A stretch of DNA of 64,000 nt from Mayamaea pseudoterrestris (lineage: Eukaryota): positions 1,302,001 through 1,366,000 of the forward strand of contig BROI01000002.1 in assembly GCA_027923505.1 (NCBI GenBank), written 5' to 3'. Under the pieces are notes generated by a model that saw only the letters and a program-made list of their open reading frames with translations, was not told the DNA's origin and did not search any database. The stretch's first letter is position 1; each line of letters starts with the position of its first letter. Positions 57,201 through 64,000 of the stretch are shown here, piece by piece. The position numbers were made by a program, and so were the translations under genes.

Positions 57201-60200
57201 GTCTGCCTGCGGCATCTCTCTATGTGGAGGAAACAGCGTTTCTATATCACGACCCACCCAATGACATTTCGCTGCCGCCCATGACGCCTCCACCGCCGCG
57301 TCCAGTCATCCCTCCCAGTCTATCTTCTCATTGGTGGTATGAAGATGACAATCCTCGCGTGCTGCGTGCCAACTTTAAGGGCTTGCGCCCAATCCCCAGA
57401 GAAGACGAAGATTTTTTGAAATTGGTCATGCAATGTGATCAGATTGCGGTGGTTAGTGACGGTTTATTGGAAGATCACTTATCCAAAGACCCGATCATAT
57501 GGGCGCATGAAAATGTCGTGAGCGAGATTGGGAAGATAGGGGAGGTTGGTCTTTATCACAAATTTCGGTAAGTCTTGTCCAACCGGTCACCAGATGTTGT
57601 TCAACATGCTGATGCACGTATCCTCATCCAGTTCTTTTAATTGCTCTTGTTAAAGCCACTTTGTCAAAAAGGCCTCGGAGTCTCATATCTACGACGAGCG
57701 AGACGGTTACATATGCATGACAACAGCCGATTATGTGTAAGTCACACACAACTGTTTTTTCATATTTTTCTCTGGCAATGCATATAACGTCGCTTATTAT
57801 TCGACAGAAAATATTTGAAACTGCGAGAAACAGCGGACAGAGATGGTGTAGCCAAACAATTCAATTATTTTTGCGGATGTGAAACATGTCTTGACGACGT
57901 CGACAATGAGGGAGTTTGTCCAGGGCATGATATTATAGATGTCAGGACGGAAGCAATTTACATGTAAGCACCTTTTTTGTTTTCCACGGTGACCTCTTTC
58001 ACACTCACAACATATTGCTTCTACTACAGGACGGATGTTGAGCTGCCCACTTTTGTACATCGTCTCAGCGGTGGCTTTCATAAGTTTTTCAAGATGCCCC
58101 AGATTCTGCCTGGTGGAAGGTGGTGCATCATGTAAGCTACTCTTGTCATTTACCGATATTTCTTTTATGGCGGCTGGTCAATGCTCACTACATCGCATGT
58201 TTACACAGGAACGCCATGAGACCCACGGCGCGCCCTTTCATGTGAGTAAAGACTCTGGCTATAATTGAAGCCAACTGTATATCAGCGTTGCTAAAAAGTC
58301 TGTAATATGTTGCTTTTCTTTTCTCCATAATTCAGGGGTCCCAATCTTTACATTAGTCCACCTGGAGGATTCACCCACATTCACCAAGACGGTCATGGCT
58401 CGGTTGATAGTGGCCATTTATGTATTGATGGCTACAATGAGGTTTTTATCATGCGACGCCTACCTGAGCAATACAAGGCCAACGCTGTAGATATCCTGAA
58501 CAAGACGCTGGGCAGCAACTATTCGCCGCTTTACAGTCTGCCTCATAACGACAAAAATGAGAAACCGCCCTGGATGACTACGGAGACAATAAAGGCTTTT
58601 GAAGACATGAAGTAAGTGAGTGTGCTACTCGTGCCGACTCAGTGCTCTCTATTACTCACAGCCGTTCTCCTTAGCCTCGCTCCGATCTGCTTGACGTTGA
58701 TGCCTGGGCAACATATACACTTATCTAAGGGTCGCCTCCACGGTAAATACTCGGAAAGCATGCGCGTGTCACGTGAAGCATTGATTCTTGCTGGCTAACC
58801 TGTGTTTAAATCGCCTTTACAGCTTTTCGTAAAGCGACTCGAGACCTTCTCCCTCCAACGGACTGCCACTTCGAGTTGCGCAAGAAAAATGATGCAAATT
58901 TTGGGCGATCAGCCCGCTCCAATATGCATGAGCATTGCTTGGGATTGGTGAGCTAATATAAATGCTAAAAAAATAGTGCATTGCATGTTTTCTCAAAATT
59001 CCGCGCCATCACCTAGGAACTATTTTGGAAGCGACAGTGCCGGAATAAACCGAGAGGTTGCCAGCATGGTAGAGGTTTCTCAACGGTGTCGTCAGAAAAA
59101 GACACAAGCGCTGGCACCGACTGGCCGTGCTGTTTTGGACATGGGTTTGTACATTAAGGATATGCATGGACTGAAAAGTTCCGATGAGGTTGCATCTCTT
59201 GACGACGAGGAGCTCGAGACGACGGCCCGAGGCATCCTTCCATCGTTGACCTTTGTGGTTCAGCGCGAGATGAGCAGCTACGAGCGTGCGTCAGCAGCTG
59301 CCGCTACCCGACGAGCAGGTAGGCGACAAAATCGCGGACATGAGCTTACTCAGATCAGTCGTCTTGACATTCAAAAGAGTCCATCGCAGTCTCAAGTGCC
59401 AATCAATGCGTGCGATAATGGTAAGCTACGCATCGGCCTTTAGCATGATACTACAGGTGCAAAGCTGCGGACAAGTCTCAACTTGATGTTCTTTTCTACG
59501 CAGACTTTTACTGCACGAAATGCAATGCCGAACTGATTAACGCGTACTACCAGTGCAAGGGCTGCCAAGTGATTTTCCGCGACGTGTACCGCATTTGCAC
59601 CGAGTGCTACGTGGAAGGAGCCCATTTGGAGAAGCAATGCAAAGCATCAAGCGACGTGGAGCACGGCGGCTGTCTACCTGGCAATACAAAAGGCGGTTGC
59701 AAGAAAAGGGATTGCATGGAGTGTATTGGTTGCGGCTACGGCTCGTGCTGCTCCTGCGTTTGCCACTCGGACTTTGAAATGCACATGCGCATGCACACCG
59801 CCGAGCAACTTGGCGAAATGCTGCAAGCTGTCACTAAAATCGCTGGGGTAGATGATCCATTGGAATATGCTCACGAAACATTGGTTCGCCTGCAATATGG
59901 AGCTGATCCTACTGGACCAGCCTATGAAGATCTTTGTCGACTGGCCGTGGCGATGGATCCAGAGCATTGCATGAACGTACCAAAGCGCTTTCGTGCGGCG
60001 GCGGTCGTGCCTCCTCCTGCTGCCGCTCCTCAAGCTAGTACGGCAAGCGACGGTCTCAATCTGCATGAAGTGGCATTGCCGACGAACCTGTCAGCAGCCT
60101 CGTCTTCTGACCAAGCCAGTGCGGCGACGAATGCTGCGGTGAACGTGAGTGAAATGGCGTTACAAGCAGACCTTCCGGCGGCTTCAGCTGGCGACCAAGT

Positions 60201-60246
60201 TAGCGCGGCCAATGGTGAGGTATATTTGAACGAAATGTCCTTTTGA
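54296..60246 (+). CDS. Large JmjC-domain (Fe/2-oxoglutarate oxygenase-like) protein with a C-terminal Cys-rich zinc finger; 10 exons, one apparent 1-nt frameshift
   Basis: GT-AG introns 57568-57655, 57737-57807, 57964-58029, 58132-58208, 58242-58335, 58612-58674, 58743-58822, 58948-59016, 59421-59503. Spliced product has GPNLYISPPGGFTHIHQDGHG…LMPGQHIHLSKGRLHAF…SIAWDW and FYCTKC…YYQCKGC…ICTEC. Confidence 0.8.
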
Positions 60247-60436
60247 AGAATTTATACTTATATTGTCCTGCATGTTACGACTCTGAAACGATTGTAGCTT
60301 TTTTGGCAGGCCACCTCGCAAGCGATGACTCGGGTAGCTCGTTAAGTACCGCAACGACGCGTTCATCGTTCGAGTCGACGCGATCGACCATGGCACAATA
60401 CCGACCGTCGCTCGTAGCCCAGCTGCGACACGCTCA

Positions 60437-62587
60437 ATGACAATTACGACTGCAGCCATTATGAGACGAACAGTGAAGCGACGTTACAATGAAACCGTTT
60501 TATCTCAGTGCCTGCTGTTGATTCTCTCGACATATTTCTTGTCACAAACGACTCGCGTTCGTTCCATTCGGATTGATCCATTGTCGGCAGCTGCTCGTCA
60601 CAAGCAACGAGACCTGCGAAGCCAGCCAGCAATCCCAAACGTTGCAGTGCAAGTTCCAACCGATCCAAACGACCATTTTGTGGCGAGTCTTCCACTATGG
60701 CAAAGTAATGATGGACAGTCATCGAGCTCATTTTCAATGACCTCGTGGGCCGGTCACTTGCCGGCCAGTGCAGATGGAGACAAGTACTTTTTCTACTGGC
60801 TATTTGCGCCAGAGGCAAGTGATTCAAAAGGAGTAAACGAGGAGGATATTCCGCTGCTCATTTGGTTAAATGGAGGTGAGCTACAATGAGTGAGGCGCGC
60901 GAATTTTCGTTGCTTTTTTGATTCTGCATGTAGAGGTACAGTGTTACGCTTCATCTCTTTTCAATGTCTCAATATCTTATTCATTCCTCAGGCCCTGGCT
61001 GCAGCTCCATGGATGGACTCTTTCTTGAGAATGGTCCGCTGCGGTTCGTGACGAACGATGTCGGCGACATTTACATGACCGACAATCCATACTCTTGGAA
61101 CAAGGCTCCAGCCTATACACTCTACATTGATCAACCCGTTGGCACTGGACTATCCTTTACAACCTCTCGCAAGTATCCAACCAATGACGAAGAAGTCAAT
61201 ATCGACTTTTACTACTTTTTGAAGCAATTCTTTCTATTGCATTCCGACAAGACTGCCAATCGACCAGTCTACTTTAGCGGAGAGTCACACGCGGGTCACT
61301 ACATTCCAAGCATGATACACTACATTTTGCAACAAAACGCAAAACCTGATACGGAGCTAGTTGTCAATATACGCGGCGCCGCCATTGGGAATGGCTGGAT
61401 GGATCCCTTCCACCAGTATGCCGCCGCCGAAGCGGCCTACGCGCACGGCATGCTGGATCGTCCGCAAGTCAATGCGCTCGACGAGTCGGAGCGACAGTGT
61501 CAAGCGTCGCTCACGCAAGGCAATTACGCCAACTCTGTTTGCTTTTCGCTGCTGGACAAGGTTGTGGCGCAGTCGCATGGAAGCAACTCGCAGTATAAAG
61601 TTAGCACGTATGATGCGCGACTGGCGGAGCAAAAGGGGTCGTCACGAGACTTTCCGCCCGGACACAAGCTTTTGGAAACCTATCTTGGGAATTGGCCAGT
61701 TCCGAGTGGTCAAGCTGGGAAACTGCAGGATTGGGATGCGGCGAGCACCAACCAACAGGTGCTGCAGGCAATACACGCCACTGCCGCCACGGCAGCCGGT
61801 CAGCGATTCTCGGAATGTACCGATCCACCCTACGACGCGCTGGCGCATCAGGATGGCAAGGGCGTGGTTCCAGATGTTGTGGCAATTCTGGAGCATTCAG
61901 ACAATGTGCGACTGCTCTTTTTCAACGGCATGGAGGACTTGATATGCAACCATGTTGGGAATGAAGAATTTTTGATCAATATGCAATGGTCTGGTCAACA
62001 CGACTGGTGAGTAAAGATTGTGTGCTGCGAAAGTGACTGTGGATTTGTAGAGGACTCACGTGCGTGCTTGCCATTTTTGTCGCAGGATCAAAGCACCTCG
62101 ATATGCTTGGCGAGCAGAATCGGAAGAACAGAGCAAAGTGTCCGGCTACATGAAAGAGAACAAGAATTTGCTTTTTCTTAAGCTGTTGAACTCGGGTCAT
62201 ATGGTGCCTCTGGATATTCCGCGACAATCGCTTGAAATGATGTACAATTTCATGTACGACAAGAGCTTTGACCAGAGTCCACAGAGTATCAACCCGCAAG
62301 CGAAGCAAGACAGCTGCCCTATATGTCCAAGGGCGACTTGCGATGATGCAAAGAATAATGGACATTCGATACCGGCGACTGCAACAACGACGAGTGCCGT
62401 CATCCAGTCTGCCTATATTCCTTGGGCCGTTGCTGCCATTGCTGTTCTGTCGCTTATTGCAGTGGCGCTAACAAGGAGAAAGCAGCCGCGAATACACCAA
62501 GAGCTTATCTCTGACTACGACCTTGAGCTAAGAGAAGGCAGTTACAGTGACCAGCAAGAGTTTAAGGTTGCCCGGGAAATTTCATAA
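60437..62587 (+). CDS. Serine carboxypeptidase S10, Kex1-like, with a C-terminal TM helix; 3 exons
   Basis: WLNG|GPGCSS, FLENGP, IDQPVGTGLS, SGESHAGHYIP, IGNGW, DLICN, SGHMVP; introns 60876-60991 and 62007-62085; TM helix WAVAAIAVLSLIAVAL. Confidence 0.92.
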
Positions 62588-62630
62588 TTTTATATTATAT
62601 TTGCAGTTATACATTGCGTGGCTCGCGAAG

Positions 62631-63965
62631 CTAAAATATACAAAGTTCTGGGTCAAGGTCGTCATCTTCAGAGCTGCTCGTATCGCTCGAAGTGGCTGTG
62701 CCTGCAGTGACATTCGCCCCGTTGCAGCCGTCAATCTCCGCCAACTGGGCCTCCTTGGCCGCCCGTGCAAGTCTGTGAAACATTCGTCTACGTTCGCGAC
62801 GTTGCTGCCACTTTTGTGTGTCCATCTTGGCGGCCCCGATGCAAGCGCCAAGCCAGCATAACGACGCTCCAATGCAATAGTAGCACCCACGGCCAATCCA
62901 GCACTGGTGTGCGTCGCAAACGTTTGAATCAAACGCCAGCATTGTAAAGGATTGCAAAAAGTAAGTCATCAACAGTCCAAAGCCAATCGGTTTCATCCGA
63001 ATGCTTTCCCAAACCACTGCCGTCGTTAAGAATATAGTAAAGAATGCTCCACAGACGGCACTGCTTGCGATGCACAGGCGGGCAAGCGTCATCATGATAT
63101 CGTCTGCAGTGCTGGCGCTGATTGGAATCGTTTGGCAGCCGTACAAATGCTCGTCGTATGTTTCATTGTAGCAAAGCTGCATTCGCAAAAGCCCAACCTG
63201 ATCGACCGGATTGTACATTGCTGATATATACAAGGGATCACGCAGCACCAAAAAGTCCGTGCCTCGTCGTGCCAAGACGGCCAAGGCACACCCCGCCCAG
63301 GCTAGTGCCACTGTCAGAAGAGTTGTCACTACACCATGCCCCCAGCAGTGTATGCATTTGGAGTAATGTTCCAGCGAGTCGTTGTGGCGCTTCTTTTTCT
63401 TCATCTTGGGTCGAATGGGCGACGCGCAACGACAAGGTGTTGGGCTATCAAAACTGGAATGAACCGTCAGCTCGTCCGCACCAAGCGTTTCGTCGGACGC
63501 ATCATATACAAGCTCCAAATCCATCTCCTCGTCAAGCGCTTCCGGTTCATATACAATTCTTCGGTCTCGAGTAATGTGCTGTTCATTCGTCTGATTTCGC
63601 AACGATGTTGAAGGTTCTTGTTGCTGCTGTGAGAAAACCACCTCCACGTCGTCACGACTCTGGCACCTCGAGGTTGAACATGGAAAATCTTGCAACCGAT
63701 TATCATTATGTTCCGACACATGATCGACTCCGTGCAAGGCATCCTCCGAAAACCAATCCTCGTCACTAAAGAGTCTGCCACGATGATTGTTGTCATTGTC
63801 TTCCTCCTCGTCACTACTACTGGCAAACTCGACGCCGGAAAAGAGCGACGACGAGCAGGAGGATTGCGAGCGCTGCTCGGCGGGGCCTTGCATGGTGCAA
63901 GATTCATTGTCGTCATTGTCACTGTCGGATCGTCCCCAATCCATAAAGGCACGAAAACTGTTCAT
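62631..63965 (-). CDS. Four-TM claudin/tetraspan-like membrane protein with a long acidic N-terminus
   Basis: Four hydrophobic segments; first loop has VGLLRMQLC…GC, resembling the claudin-type GLxxxC…C pattern. Confidence 0.65.
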   Translation of the reverse strand: MNSFRAFMDWGRSDSDNDDNESCTMQGPAEQRSQSSCSSSLFSGVEFASSSDEEEDNDNNHRGRLFSDEDWFSEDALHGVDHVSEHNDNRLQDFPCSTSRCQSRDDVEVVFSQQQQEPSTSLRNQTNEQHITRDRRIVYEPEALDEEMDLELVYDASDETLGADELTVHSSFDSPTPCRCASPIRPKMKKKKRHNDSLEHYSKCIHCWGHGVVTTLLTVALAWAGCALAVLARRGTDFLVLRDPLYISAMYNPVDQVGLLRMQLCYNETYDEHLYGCQTIPISASTADDIMMTLARLCIASSAVCGAFFTIFLTTAVVWESIRMKPIGFGLLMTYFLQSFTMLAFDSNVCDAHQCWIGRGCYYCIGASLCWLGACIGAAKMDTQKWQQRRERRRMFHRLARAAKEAQLAEIDGCNGANVTAGTATSSDTSSSEDDDLDPELCIF

Positions 63966-64000
63966 GGTATGTTTACAAAGATGAGTGCGGTCGGGACCTC

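Overview
Gene-dense eukaryotic nuclear DNA at roughly balanced GC, with short GT-AG introns (mostly 60-120 nt) and many head-to-head gene pairs. It is almost certainly from a diatom: several proteins carry bipartite plastid-targeting presequences with ASAF-like cleavage motifs, and several belong to diatom-expanded families. About 33 protein-coding loci are supported, including DDX41, RPL11, plastid ferrochelatase, holocytochrome c synthase, FtsZ, NDUFV2, LCB2, aspartate kinase, ELP2, an SLC4 bicarbonate transporter, an NTT-like carrier, an SLC35A transporter, a Deltex-like E3 ligase, a 10-exon JmjC protein and a Kex1-like carboxypeptidase. No tRNA, rRNA, CRISPR array or transposon was recognised. 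Most notable observations: (1) ferrochelatase and heme lyase share a 312-bp divergent promoter; (2) two otherwise unrelated proteins end in the same 25-aa C-terminal module with SIM-like motifs; (3) the Deltex DTC domain appears to have lost its catalytic residues; (4) the SLC4 gene has a frameshifting deletion and a perfect CRE/CCRE palindrome upstream; (5) an ankyrin-BTB protein starts with a PAM2-like motif; (6) the JmjC gene is intron-dense and has a 1-nt frameshift. All family assignments come from motif recognition by eye; no database search was run.
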